A program made the translations under genes and the position numbers. DNA of 64,000 bases from Eledone cirrhosa (taxonomy: Eukaryota). This document shows, piece by piece, positions 1-12,852 of this stretch. The notes under the pieces were generated by a model. It was not told where the DNA came from and did not search any database. It worked only from the letters and a program-made list of their open reading frames with translations. Numbering within the stretch: the first letter of the stretch is position 1; the number at the start of each line of letters is the position of its first letter. The DNA lies in assembly GCA_964016885.1 (NCBI GenBank), contig OZ024743.1:294438001-294502000 (forward strand), read 5' to 3'.

Positions 1-545
1 GTATGTATATACACATGCTACTGTACGTCTGTATACATATATGTATGTACGTATACATACTTATATTTACGTAACAGCCGTACTAAGAGTGAGAAATGAA
101 ATTTCGTTTCATTTTTCCGTTTATCGTTTTCGGTACCCCGGCCGATTAACTCACTCGATATGCAAATTAGGCTGCTCAGCCATTAATATGCATAAGGAAA
201 GTATATACTTTCAGACGTTCAACCATCTGGCAGGAAGGTATACGTTGCTGACGATAGCTAATAAGCTTGAAACTAGTACAGCGTTCCTTTGTCAGTGTTG
301 AACAAATGAGCAACGATGATTGCTAGACACTGTACAGCTTAATTCGGGATGTTGGTTTACAAACACAGTGAGCATTATAATAAATGTTCGGTGAATCCAT
401 ACGTACATATATATATATGTACTGTATATATATATATACATACTACTGTACGTCTGTATACATATATGTATGTACGTATACATACTTATATTTAAGTAAC
501 AGCCGCACTAAGAATGAGAAATGAAATTTCGTTTCATTTTTTCCC
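1..545 (+). repeat. Tandem non-coding HHR-bearing repeat (~426 bp unit, ~1.3 copies visible); retrozyme-like or PLE terminal repeat, family H1
   Basis: 18-118 recurs at ~444-544. The same family occurs inverted at 47799-48700, with a fragment at ~23830-23890. Confidence 0.85.
242..284 (+). ncRNA. Minimal type I hammerhead ribozyme (H1)
   Basis: acgttg-CTGACGA-t agct aata agct t-GAAA-CTAG-TA-cagcgt. Stem I has 6 bp with one G-U, stem III is the palindrome ACTAGT, and the cleavage triplet is GUA. Confidence 0.85.
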
Positions 546-559
546 TATATATATATATA

Positions 560-680
560 TATTAAAATAACACATTAAAGTTTAAACAAAGAATGGCTGC
601 TTTCACCCTTAACGGGGTCTTTTGAAACTAAACTAAAAAATCTGTGCACGCAGAAGTAAATATTTCGAAAAACGTTATAC
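560..680 (-). mobile_element. Terminal fragment of repeat family H2 with a degenerate HHR-like motif (579-629)
   Basis: Matches 14745-14860 and the reverse complement of 15400-15516. It abuts (TA)n. Confidence 0.7.
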
Positions 681-682
681 AC

Positions 683-720
<38 letters not shown>

Positions 721-859
721 GCGTCATAATGACGTAATGCAGACAGCCAGAAATACAGAAGGATATTATAAGAGCGCAACGTATATCTATGTATCTATCT
801 AAAAAGTGAAAGACTAAGAGAGAGAGGGAAAGAGATCGCTAAATCGACTAATGTGGTTC

Positions 860-976
860 CTAGGGCATTGAAAATTTGAAATTTAGTATGCTCAGAACAC
901 TCAATAGGACCATAAGAATTACATGTGTCAAGTTTGAAAACAATCGATTGCGTGGTTCTTGTGTTTTAGTGATTGT

Positions 977-1015
<39 letters not shown>

Positions 1016-1046
1016 TTCTCTGTTTTAGTAATATATATATATATAG
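860..1046 (-). mobile_element. Non-autonomous Helitron-like fragment with (GACA)n
   Basis: aagtttgaaaacaatcgattg...(acag)n...ttttagtaatatatatag has the same architecture as the 5' end of the Helitron at 5644-6416. Confidence 0.55.
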
Positions 1047-1256
1047 CTCAAACTTGAAAATACCCCGCACTCTCTGGTCTTGTCCGTGGTTAGAAAGGTT
1101 CCTCCAGACAGAGGCGGGTCTGGTATTTGCAACCTCTGTCTTAGTGAGACACTCGAGATTCTTCATGGCGGAACCAAACTATTAAACAGAAGGGCCGACT
1201 TATTCGGTGCCTGCAGACACCTAAGGACGGGAACTTTCCTCAAACTATATGGATAA
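1047..1256 (+). pseudogene. C-terminus of a Nematis-like PLE GIY-YIG endonuclease (not in the ORF track)
   Basis: Translates LKLENTPHSLVLSVVRKVPPDRGGSGICNLCLSETLEILHGGTKLLNRRADLFGACRHLRTGTFLKLYG*. The CxLCxxE...LLN(R/K)R...CRH motif aligns with the end of ORF 48986-50161. Confidence 0.8.
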
Positions 1257-2262
1257 ACCCCGATTACGCCCCCCCCCTTCATGTAGGTCCCCTACAACAA
1301 CAACCACCCATAGTTTGTGGTCCCTATGGTGGATGGTCCACCGGATCCTCTACTGGTTAGGAGTCATCAAAACCACGTTTTATTGAACATGATTTTATAT
1401 ATATATGTATATCTGTATCATGTGTATATATATATATATTTTATATGTGTATATATGTGTATTTTATATATATGTATGTATATATATGTATATATTTTAT
1501 ATATATATGTATATGTATGTGTATTTTATATATATATATATATATGTATGTTTTATGTGTGTATATATTTCATTTATGTGTGTATTTTATGTATATATAT
1601 ATATTTTATATATATGTATGTTCTGTGTATATATATATATGCTTGTGCGTACATACATACATGAATATATATATATATATATGCACACCTGTATGGATTT
1701 GTGTGAAGGGGTAGGTGTGAGTGTATGTACAAGTCAACCAGAATAAACCTTTTATTTCTAAATTTTCTAAACTATCTAAGTATTTGACTCTAACCAATAT
1801 TTTAAGTATTACCACCCCATATTTTGTATGTGTGGATGTGTGTGTGTCTGTGGCGGTGGGTGTGATTGTACGTGCAAGCCAACCTACATAAGTCTTTTTA
1901 TTTGTAAATTTTCTACTCTAACCATAAATTTCAGTAGCACCACTCCACATAAATTCCTCAATTTAAGAATGACCTGTAGTATCTATTTCATACTATTAAC
2001 CTTCATTGAATATATATCTGACCAGGAATGCGTTTTGTGAAAATCAGTCAAATATTGTCATCTTGCCTGACGGTTTGAACTTTACAACACCACTTGCCTC
2101 TTTGAGGTCAAATACCAACCCTACTACCATCTAAAAACTGACCAATGAGAATCAAGACTATTCCTGCTGACAACATTAAATTATTCCTAACAAGCTCATA
2201 TGTCCCAAGGCTCTGATACCATCAACACTATAAACACAGAGTTGGCATATCTAAGAACTGAC

Positions 2263-2322
2263 TAACTGCCTGATGAGGTCATAGCCATTCAATGACTATC
2301 ATCGAAATATATATAGCAGTTA
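2263..2322 (+). ncRNA. Type I hammerhead ribozyme (H3)
   Basis: taactgc-CTGATGA-imperfect stem II (atag ccatt c aatg a ctat)-GAAA-TATATA-TA-gcagtta. Stem I is a perfect 7 bp and AATAAA follows at 2322. Confidence 0.8.
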
Positions 2323-2361
2323 ATAAAGGATTATGAGTTCATGCAATTGATTTCTGTTTCG

Positions 2362-2396
<35 letters not shown>

Positions 2397-3524
2397 TTAT
2401 TAACGGTTTTTATATATTTGGTATATATTTATCCATATCGAGCCCTCTTTGGATTATAGTCTACAAATTTATTATTATTACTATATATATATATATATAT
2501 ATATATAAGCGTCAACCTAATATATCCCTCCCATATACTGTAACGATGGTGCTGTCTACCTTTTACATATATATATATAAACATTTAAAAAATATTTAGT
2601 AGTTAATACTTAATATATTTGTTTTGAACAGGCCCCTCTACCTAATGCCTAAGTCGTCTCTTTTTAATCCGCGCGAAGGGCGATGCGGTATATTTTATCT
2701 TTTTTTTTTTTTGTTTTCCTCATCATATTGCAGATTCAGCTTCAGTGGTCTTATTCGCACCAGTCACCAATCTGGTACTTTGTCAAACCCGCAATACTAG
2801 GCCTTTTGAAAGGTAACCTTTAATCAACTTGTCATAGCTACACCACTGGGTTGTGGGAGTTTTCTTGGGAGCTACAGGTATCACACATTATTCCCTCTCC
2901 CCTAGTAGTTAACCGCTATTGGTCTTGCGTTGTTCATTCGTACTGCTTTATATCGCAACTTGCCATCATATTTGGTGGCCGTATCGCTATCTGCCATCCC
3001 TGACCCCACTCTCTGACCGGAATGATATTTCCTTTTTCATTATTTTGTAAATTTTATTCAATGTTAATGATAATAATTGAAATAAAAAAAGATGAAAATT
3101 AAAAATAAAAATATAAATAAGTATTAAAAAGGGAAGGAGAGGAGAAATAGAAGAACGAAGGAAGAAAAGAATGAGAAAAAAAGAAGAGAGAAAGGGAAGG
3201 GAAAAAGGTATTTAGAAAAGGTTTCCTTTGAGATTTGCTTACTTCTCTTTTATCTTGTGATTTGTATGTGTGTGTGTGGTTGCAAGTGTCTGCATGCAGA
3301 TGTGTGTAAATTGGTTCTTATAATCCATAGATCTATTAATTGTCTAATGAACAAAAATTATATATCTAATTGTTGTTTGTATTTGTTAATGATTTGTTTT
3401 TGTTTATTTATTCTCTGTTTTTGAGTGAAAGTAATTGTACAGTAGGGGAATTTTGAAGTTGGGTACGTTAAATATATATATATATGTATATATATATATA
3501 CATACATACATATATATATACGGC

Positions 3525-3885
3525 AAACCGGAGGGTTTTTGGAGTAACGTTATTCGATAGAACTCGGAGATCACAGAGTCATTCCGGGTAGTGCCGCTAC
3601 TTCTCAAAATTGAGATCTCACAGCTCCGATACTATGTGCATGTGGTTAGAATGTCTCAGGAAAGAATCGCTGGGCATATTTTACGGGAAAGACTAATTGG
3701 CTAAAGACTGAGGGGTAGACCCTAAGTAAGATGGTTGGATAACATCCATGAGCTTGGCTGATCTCGCTTGGGGATCCAGCCAGATCAGTTGGAGATGGTT
3801 GCTTCTGATAGGACACAGTGAAATGAGTGTTTGAGAACACAGACACCACGATCCTCTCATGAATATGTGGGTGAAGAAGAACAAT
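3525..3885 (+). pseudogene. RTE-clade LINE, RT C-terminal fragment
   Basis: Translates ...PLLLKIEISQLRYYVHVVRMSQERIAGHILRERLIG*RLRGRP*VRWLDNI...VASDRTQ*, matching the RTE motifs GHVxRM, RxRGRP..RW.D and A.DR..W. Confidence 0.75.
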
Positions 3886-4105
3886 TTTAGAGACTGTAAG
3901 GACCAGAAAACGTTGACAAAATTTATTAGAAATATGGATATATTCTAATATAGAAATTGAAACATGAAACAGTGATATCCTCAACAACACATGTATACAT
4001 GGACAGCTATTCCCCACATATATCAATTGTACGAATTCACACGTACATATACATATATTCGCACACATGTGCATATGTATATATATATATATAATTCAAT
4101 ATAAT

Positions 4106-4322
4106 GGTTTCTTATATAGGCACAAGGCCAGTAATTTGGGGAGAGGGGAGAGTCGATTAAATCGACCCCAGTGCGTGACTGGTACTTTATTTTATCGACC
4201 CCCATAAGGATGAAAGGCAAAGATAACCTCGGCGGGATTTGAACTCAGAACATAAAGGGCCGTAACTCTTTGTTGCAAAGCATGGCGTCCGACCCTCTAC
4301 CGATACTGCCAATCCACCGCCC
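4106..4322 (-). mobile_element. tRNA-derived SINE (long variant) with ~17 bp TSD
   Basis: A-box-like TGGCAGTATCGG and B-box GAGTTCAAATCC on the minus strand, plus the conserved core gcctttcatcctt...gtcgataaaataaagtaccag. TSD atataattcaatataat at 4089-4105 and 4324-4340. Confidence 0.9.
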
Positions 4323-4344
4323 AATATAATTCAATATAATAAAG

Positions 4345-4853
4345 AGAGATAAACACAGATATATACATATATGTGTTCAAATCGTAAGAGACCAGATTCG
4401 CTAGGGTGAATAGGATACTAACTATGAACAATACCGTTTGCCAGCTCAATTTAAAAGAATATATTAAGAAAAAATACAAACCGAAATTGTGATAACTAAT
4501 AAATTGTACATCCAGACAGATTTTGGTAATGCTGTTTAGCAATTAAGTGAAAGGGTATTACTAATTCTATTGCTCGTCAGTGGATGTCGAATTATAAAAC
4601 CTTCCACTTCTAGGTTTCTTAAAAATTCGTGTCATTTAATTTGTAGAGCTACTTTAAATGTCGAGTGCACCTGGCTGCTATTTTTATTAGCATACGTTTA
4701 CCAAACTCACTAGGCACTGAATGCCATTTGCGTTGTTTTAAACTCGCGCCTCATTCAGTCTTCTAAGAAACCTACAAGTGGAAGGTTTTACTAATTCGAC
4801 ATCCACTGACGAGCAATAGATTTGGTAATTCCCTTTCACTTAATTGCGAAACA

Positions 4854-4857
<4 letters not shown>
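4345..4857. mobile_element. PLE terminus remnant with inverted arms (H4)
   Basis: ~4530-4620 is the reverse complement of ~4764-4857. The element ends in (TA)n. Confidence 0.7.
4508..4587 (-). ncRNA. Type I hammerhead ribozyme (H4); truncated + strand copy at 4799-4857
   Basis: acatcca-CTGACGA-gcaat...attgc-TAAA(GAAA in the + copy)-cag...ctg-TC-tggatgt. Stem I is 7 bp and the triplet is GUC. Confidence 0.85.
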
Positions 4858-4922
<65 letters not shown>

Positions 4923-5399
4923 AATTTCTATAATGTGTCTAATAAAAGATACATTATTATTTTGTCCTTCCTCAGTGTGTGTATTAATAAATATGGATAC
5001 GTGCATTTATGTTTCTGTGCATATGCAAATGTGTTAAATCTATATACGCACGCTATTTCTAAAAGTGGTAAACGGGTTTAGTGCGTTTCAAAAACTATAT
5101 ACTTGTCCTGTTTTATTCATACTACAATACATACACACATACATACACACATACATACATAGATACATAGATACATAGATACATAGATACATACAAATAT
5201 GCACACACATACACACACGCCCGACCACACATGTATATTTCATTTGCTGAATGCGTTTTCTCTATTTGTTTCCACTGGATGTACCGAGATCTTTTTTTTT
5301 TTTGTAATCGGCTTTTCTCCCCAATGATTCAGTAAGTGAAAGGTCTAACATAGGATATCGAATGATCATTGCATCCCCAACCATGTGCAATGAAATCAA

Positions 5400-5552
5400 T
5401 CCGGATGTCCATGTTACTATTGTAAGGATGTAATGGATATAGTGTTTCATATTTAAGGTGAATGACCAGAGTGCTGGGAAGGTAGATAGTGTATATCGGC
5501 ATATACATGCATTATGTTGTTCTACCATGCCTAGAAAACAACGTACACTTTA
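5400..5552 (+). repeat. Dispersed repeat end abutting (TA)n; inverted copy at ~12383-12520
   Basis: gtaaggatg...gtgaatgaccagagtgct...atgcctag..aacaacgtac is shared in reverse complement. Confidence 0.7.
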
Positions 5553-5565
5553 TATATATATATAC

Positions 5566-5596
<31 letters not shown>

Positions 5597-5643
5597 ATAA
5601 TTGAATATGTATATATCTGTGTTCGTTTTTCTTTTATATTCAA

Positions 5644-6416
5644 CTAGCAGTAAAGCCCGGCGTTGCTCGGGGTCGCTCAGTAGCTGTGTTAAAGTTACAA
5701 TGTTAAGTTTCTTTTTTGGCTTAAAAACTGTAATGTCTACTGTGCAGACTTGCATGTGGTGTTTTTGATTAATATTCCCTCAACCAACAATATGCCTTAT
5801 GAAGTTAAGAAAACATAACGATAACCCGAATGTTATAACAAAAGAGGATGCTGGGGATAAAAACTGCACTGGTTATTTATTAACAAAGATCGAAAATGTA
5901 AACACTGCAACGCAGAGAAAAACATTAGCGTAACCAAATTATCAGTTATGTCTGTCTGCACGCCTATATCACCTCTCTGCACGACTGTCTGTCTGCACGC
6001 CTGAAATATTTGCTTGTTTTACGTAGTCTTTAAATAGACTTGTTTTCAAGTAAAAATATTGTTTTAAAATGCTTTTAAATGGAAATGAAGCAAAACGGAA
6101 GCTTAGTGTTCGAACTGATGAAATTGTGTTAATGTCATTTTAAACGCTGAGAAAGCCAGCGTAATTGTTTACGTAACACGCTCAATGTAAACAGAACAAA
6201 GGGAAATAACTGATCACTTACGCTCAAAAATCGATACATTATATTCGATTTCGTCACATAGGGTGGGTCAATTTGAAATATTTTTTTTCCGATGTCTTCG
6301 CTAGGGCTCAATGTACAAGTATAGCAATTTCGGTGCAATTCCGTGAGAGATTCTAAGAGGAGATGTGTGCCAAAAATCGATAGACAGACAGACAACCACA
6401 GTTTTATATATATAGA
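5644..6416 (-). mobile_element. Complete non-autonomous Helitron (~773 bp)
   Basis: The minus strand starts A|TCTATATATATA and ends with the hairpin CCCGAGCAACGCCGGG, 8 nt, then CTAG|T. These are the canonical 5'-TC and 3'-CTRR ends with insertion between A and T. Confidence 0.85.
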
Positions 6417-6495
6417 TTATAATATACGGCTCAGAAATATCTCTTTTCTTATTGTAAGAGACTATTTTGAGTTCCCAACTCAATATATATACGTT

Positions 6496-6569
<74 letters not shown>

Positions 6570-6574
6570 GTATG

Positions 6575-6606
<32 letters not shown>

Positions 6607-6759
6607 TATTGTTATACTTTGGGAGGGTCATGTTGCCAATAAGAAACACACTCACCAGTTGCTTTCACTTCAATTTATTAGAATAAATTTATAAATTTAG
6701 GAATTTATAAATTTCCGGTTGGTTGGTTTGTTCCACAACCAGATGGTTGTTTATATATT

Positions 6760-7962
6760 ATGGGACAGTAGACTTAAACTTAAACTTAAAGAACAATTAG
6801 AAGACCCCTTAACCCTGATAATGTACTCCCGCTACGTTGATGATATAAACATCGTAGTTAAAACACCCCAACTAGAGAACAGTCGGGAATAAGCGAAAAA
6901 CACAATAGAAAGCATCCAGCAAATAGCTAACTCCATCCACCAGAGTATTAGAGTTACTATAGACTACCCAAGCAAACACCCTAACCATCGATTACCTGTA
7001 CTAGACGCAGAGCTATGGTTAGATACCATTAATAACAAAAAACAAATCCTCCATTCCAATTATGCCAAACCCATGACTTCCAAATATCTGATCCACCGAA
7101 ACTCAGCTGTTTCGGACCATACCAAAATCAACATACTGATTGCGGATTTGGTACGGGTGATGAGAAACGTGTCCCGCATGTGCAACCCCGAAGAACTAGA
7201 GAGACACATACAACACTTCATCCACCGTATGCAGTTCTCTGGTTACAATCAGAGAGATAAAATCAGAGTGTATAGAGGAGCCAGAACCAAGTGGGAAAAA
7301 ATGGTAAATAATGACACAAATGGGACCTGCCCCTTGTATAGGAGCAAATTTTGGAATAGAATAGAAAGAACTAGGAATAAGGCTAATAGAATAAACTCAT
7401 GGTATGATAGCAATAAATACCAGAGTGTGAAGTTCATCGAGACAACCCCTAAAGGTGAATTAGCTTACACATTTAGAAGGGCCCTAGATAAACATAAACT
7501 CAATATTAAGATAGTAGAAAGACCAGGTACCTCCATAAAAACACTTATTAGCAAGACATACCCTTTCAAAGACCTCCCTGTATAGATAAGAAATGTATAA
7601 CCTGTAAATTAAGCCCCCATATTATCTGTAAAACTAGAAATGTAGTATATAGGATAAGATGTACTGAAGGACAATGTAGAGACAAAAATAGAGTGTACAT
7701 AGGTGAGACAGCTCGTAGTGTAGGGGAACGGATAAATGAACACTGGCGAGACCTTCAAGATAATAAAGAATCATCTGTACTCTACCAACATGCTAAAATA
7801 GAACATAAGGGTAAATTAGAGAACATAGAAATAAAAATAGAATCTACACACAGAAAAGACGCCATGTTTAGACAAATCACAGAGGCAATAAACATAAAAG
7901 AATTACAACCGAAATTAAATAGAAAACATCAGTGGAACAGCAACATCACAACTTACAATTAA
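6760..7962 (+). pseudogene. PLE RT (domains 5-7, thumb) plus Cys linker and GIY-YIG endonuclease, disrupted
   Basis: YVDD; LPVLD; YAKPM; CITC..C..RNVVYRI.C..C..YIGETARSVGERINEH...RQITEA..I....PKLN. In-frame stops at ~6889 and 7585. Confidence 0.9.
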
Positions 7963-8163
7963 GGACAAAATGAAAACACACACGCACATAGAACAAACAA
8001 CCAACCTGTAACATGTACATAAACAAATAAATAAACGAATATAAACACACACAGACACCCAGATGTGGCGCATACGCAGACTGAGCACACAATACACACA
8101 CAGAAACAAGCTGGCGTGGGACAGAACCAATGAGAGACACAAAAACAAAGAAAATAACCCCAC

Positions 8164-8204
8164 TCACTGAAGAGGTCACAGAATGTGTGACGAAAGAACT
8201 TTGA
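8164..8204 (+). ncRNA. Minimal HHR-like motif (H5)
   Basis: tca-CTGAAGA-g-gtcaca gaatg tgtgac-GAAA-GAAC-TT-tga. Stem II covaries with the other H5 copies (gttgca/tgcaac). Confidence 0.7.
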
Positions 8205-8398
8205 CAATATATAAACAACCATCTGGTTGTGGAACTAACAGCCAACCGGAAATTTATAAATTCCTTATTTTATATATTTATTATAAAACAACTGGTGCGT
8301 GTGTTTGTTATTGGCAACATGACCCTCCCAAAGTATAACAATATCGGTTTCAACACACGTTTTCAGATAAAGAATCTTGCTAAACAAATTCAGAAACG

Positions 8399-8595
<197 letters not shown>

Positions 8596-8713
8596 GGTAA
8601 GTAAAACCGGGTTTTGAATCGGAGGTAACCACAATAAGTAAGGTACTCAATACATAGCAGAATATAACAGTTTTAATATAGATGAGATTCTACAGGACTA
8701 GAACTGTTTCATT
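8596..8713 (-). mobile_element. Terminal fragment of H7 family
   Basis: Reverse complement of ~9575-9690. Confidence 0.75.
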
Positions 8714-9038
8714 AACTTTTAATTTCAAATTCTTTAATATTATCTATTATCTTCCAACGGCTTTTTAACTTCTCTCTGTGAGACAATATATTTTTTTTCT
8801 CAGTTGTAAAGGTTATCTCTCTCTCTCTATCACCCACCTCTCCTCCTCTCTCATCCTTCCTTCTTATAATCCTCCCCCACCATTCTTTACTCTCATCTCC
8901 TCCTCTTCCTTAGCTTTTCCACCCCCACCCCTCACTTTTACCCAATCTCATACATCAAGCTTAAATTATTTATCATATGTTGATTTAAAACTTCACTATT
9001 TCACAAGTGTTTTTTAAGCTTCATATCATGTATCCCTA

Positions 9039-9104
9039 TTTTAACTGATGAAAACGCAGATATCATCCAATGATGATATTTGTTTTTGAAATGCGCATAA
9101 TAAA
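9039..9104 (+). ncRNA. Type I hammerhead ribozyme (H6) copy 1
   Basis: CTGATGA-aaacgcagatatcatc caat gatgatatttgttttt-GAAA-TGCGCA-TA-ataaaa. Stem III is the palindrome ATGCGCAT. Confidence 0.8.
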
Positions 9105-9374
9105 ATAATTGGAACTCTTTTAACCATTTTTGATCTTATATTATATATATATATATATATATGTGTAGGAGGTGAGTTTTATTGTAGTACAATAAAGCAA
9201 TGCAGATATCGGATAAGAAGCACTCTACAGTTTGTAGGACTGGAGTATACATAATATATAAGAACAAAAGATGGTTAAAAGAGTTCCATGTATTTTATTA
9301 TGCGCATTTCACAATGTTGATTTAAAACTGAACTATCCACAAGTGTTTTTTAACCTTCATATCATGTCCTCCTG

Positions 9375-9441
9375 TTTTATCTGATGAAAACACAAATATT
9401 ATTGCATGATGATATTTGTTTTTGAAATGCGCATAATAAAA
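9375..9441 (+). ncRNA. Type I hammerhead ribozyme (H6) copy 2
   Basis: ttttat-CTGATGA-long stem II-GAAA-TGCGCA-TA-ataaaa. It is preceded by an inverted tail of the same family (~9165-9311). Confidence 0.8.
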
Positions 9442-9473
9442 TACATGGAACTCTTTTAAACATCTTTTGTTCT

Positions 9474-9504
<31 letters not shown>

Positions 9505-9507
9505 GAT

Positions 9508-9560
9508 GAGATTCTACAGGACTAGAACTGTTTCATTCTTTAGAAATCATCAGGAATCTC
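9508..9560 (-). ncRNA. Type I hammerhead ribozyme (H7)
   Basis: gagattc-CTGATGA-t ttc taaa gaa t-GAAA-cag ttctagtc ctg-TA-gaatctc. Stem I is a perfect 7 bp and the triplet is GUA. An inverted partial copy follows at 9561-9610. Confidence 0.85.
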
Positions 9561-9741
9561 ATGATTTCTAAAGAATGAAACAGTTCTAGTCCTGTAGAAT
9601 CTCATCTATATTAAAACTGTTATACTCTGCGATGTATTGAGTACCTTACTTACTGTGGTTACCTCCGATTCAACCCGGAATAACGTACTATATATATATA
9701 TATGTATTTGTATATGTATATATATATGTATGTGTATGTAT

Positions 9742-10665
9742 ATATTGTTATACTTGGGGAGGGTCATATTTGTGTAATATTGCCAGAATTAATAACAGAA
9801 CACACTCACTGTTTGGTTGGTTTTCGCTTTTCGCTTCTGTGTCTTTTATATCGGTAATCTAATATATTCGGTCCTCAATGTTGCCATTGACTGACCGACG
9901 GTCAAAAATAATTGTTTCTACTTTTGGCACAAGGCCAGCAATTACCCAGTGCATTACTGGTACTTTATTTTATCGACCCCGTAAGGATGAAAGGCAAAGT
10001 TAACCTCGGCGGGATTTGAACTCAGAATGGCAAGGGCCGTAACTCTATGCATCAAAGCATGGCATCCAACCCTCTACCGATACTGCCATTTCACCAAAAT
10101 AATACATATAGAATATAGACACAAACACATATATATAGTTTATCATAAATCTTTCGTTGCACATCTGCAACATCGTCAGTGGCGCTATTGTTTCCTCCTG
10201 TTGAATTGTATGGCTACGCCATTTTTATTCAGTCTGTCTATATATTTATTTATTTATATATTTATTTATTTTTCATTAAAAAAATAAATAAATAAATATA
10301 TAGACAGACTGAATAAAAATGGCGTAGCCATAAAATTCAACAGGAGGAAACAATAGCGCCACTGACGATGTTACAGATGTGCAACGAAAGATTTATGATA
10401 AACTATATATATGTGTTTGTGTCTATATTGTATCTGTATTATTTTTGACCGTCGGTCAGTCAATGGCAACATTGAGGACCGAGTAAGTTAGATTACCGAT
10501 ATAAAAGAAACAGAAGCGAAAAGCGAAAACCAACCAAACAGTGAGTGTGTTCTGTTATTAATTCTGGCAATATTACACAAATATGACCCTCCCCAAGTAT
10601 AACAATATTTGTTTCGACACACGATTTCATATAAAAAACCTCGCAAAACTAATTCATCGCCGCTA
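9742..10665. repeat. Long palindrome of the lineage A/B PLE terminus (arms ~9742-10260 and ~10285-10607), with a SINE inserted in the left arm
   Basis: Near-perfect reverse complementarity once the SINE is removed. H5 HHR motifs at 10143-10182 (-) and 10359-10398 (+). Confidence 0.9.
9912..10096 (-). mobile_element. tRNA-derived SINE
   Basis: Same family as 4106-4322. TSD aaaataa(t). Confidence 0.9.
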
Positions 10666-10707
10666 TATATATATATATACATATACCTGTATATGTATAT
10701 ATATATA

Positions 10708-10788
<81 letters not shown>

Positions 10789-10895
10789 ATATATGTATAT
10801 ATATATATATATATGTATATATATGTGTATATGTACATATGTGTGTATATGTGTATGTATGTGTATGTATATGTATATATATATATATATGTGTG

Positions 10896-10942
<47 letters not shown>

Positions 10943-11001
10943 GGTGTATATATATATGTATATGTGTATGTGTATATATATATATATATGGGTGTATATA
11001 C

Positions 11002-11141
<140 letters not shown>

Positions 11142-11517
11142 AAATATACAACCTCCTGCCAGCTAATAAAGGTCTGAAAGGTCGTAAAATTGACCCGTAT
11201 GTAAACTGGACCGAAGTAAAAGCGGGAAAATCAAAGACTTGCTGTCTACAATTACTACTAAAAAAATAGCAGCCAAGTAGAGCAACAGGATTGTTCTCAA
11301 CGGACGGAGAAAAAGGTAGAAGTTAATATGTCCAGGGATACTAGGTACCCCTAGAAATACATAGGTTGTCTATGATTCAAGGTAGTTCAATGGTGTTAAT
11401 TTGATACACCAGAACTTTAATATTAAGATAAGCAGAACAAGTAAAATTCAATCAATTTTTCAAAATACATTAAAAAATATAATATAAATATTTACCTCTC
11501 CTAGTGGCCCTTACTGA

Positions 11518-11622
<105 letters not shown>

Positions 11623-11677
11623 GTATATATCTGTGTATATATATATATATGTATATATGTATGTATGTGTGTATGTG

Positions 11678-11709
<32 letters not shown>

Positions 11710-12187
11710 TATGTGTATGTGTGTGTGTGTGTGCGTGTGTGTGCGTGTATGTGAATATGTCTGTTGACACCTGCAATTTAGCTTAACAGAAACATTACAA
11801 TAATGATAGAATAGGCACCCAATATTTTGAACTGGTTTATAGAATTCTCTTGGCCTTTGTCTCTCTAAGTAGAGCTTTAAAGAATTAGCTTTTAAAGAAT
11901 CTCCCTTTTCTTTAAATCCATCAACCATGACCGACATATTATAGACATCTGAAATATAGGCATTGTTAGCCTAAGAGAAACTTAAAAATAAGGTCTTGCT
12001 CTCCAATCTGTAGTTGTTTATCGAATTCTTTCTGCCTTTGTCAATCTAAATATAAATTATAGCCTTAAAGAATTAGCTTTTAATGAATTCCCTTTTCTTT
12101 CAACAAATTAACTCCACCCATCCCACTCGCCACCCTCTCCTACCACCTGAAAGGATATACATAAAACAACATTTATTTTGGAAAGCC

Positions 12188-12240
12188 AGATTCCTGATGA
12201 TTTCTAAAGAATGAATCAGTTCTAGTCTTGTAGAATCTCA
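12188..12240 (+). ncRNA. HHR (H7) copy with GAAA>GAAT core mutation
   Basis: agattc-CTGATGA-tttctaaagaat-GAAT-cag ttctagtc ttg-TA-gaatct. It ends ~15 bp before (TA)n. Confidence 0.65.
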
Positions 12241-12250
12241 TCTATATTAA

Positions 12251-12383
<133 letters not shown>

Positions 12384-12526
12384 GGGTACGTTGTTTCCTA
12401 GGCATAGTAGAAAGACAGAATCTATCTATATGCCGATATACACTCTCTAAATTTCAAGCACTCTGGTCATTCACCTTAAATATAAAACACTATATCCATT
12501 GCATCCTTACTACAGTATACATGTAT

Positions 12527-12624
<98 letters not shown>

Positions 12625-12625
<1 letters not shown>

Positions 12626-12700
12626 AAGATGAAATCGAAAATGCAACTGGAGTCTTATTTTTTAAAAAAATATGACTCCAGTTGCATTTTCGATTTTTCT
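12625..12700. repeat. Short foldback of a PLE tail
   Basis: aaatcgaaaatgcaactggagtc...gactccagttgcattttcgattt. Related to 25640-25675. Confidence 0.75.
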
Positions 12701-12760
12701 TTATACTTTCACTTTAGGATTTTAGTCTTCAAATTTATTATTATTACTATATATATATAT

Positions 12761-12852
12761 ATGGGAGAAAGTAAGACCCCGACGGCAATTTCTGGAGTCC
12801 AGAAATAGCCGTCGTAACGGCTTGAACTCTGCCGTCGGGGTCATACTTTCTC

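Larger units (their letters stand above)
1047..2366 (+). mobile_element. 5'-truncated Nematis-like PLE with long 3' UTR
   Basis: Endonuclease tail, ~1 kb UTR, HHR, AATAAA, then (TA)n. It also starts from a (TA)n. Confidence 0.7.

Noticed and set aside
5350-5412. attgca/tgcaat hairpin followed by GAAA
   Set aside because: The upstream core reads CGAATGA with extra bases and the stems are ambiguous. Too degenerate to call.
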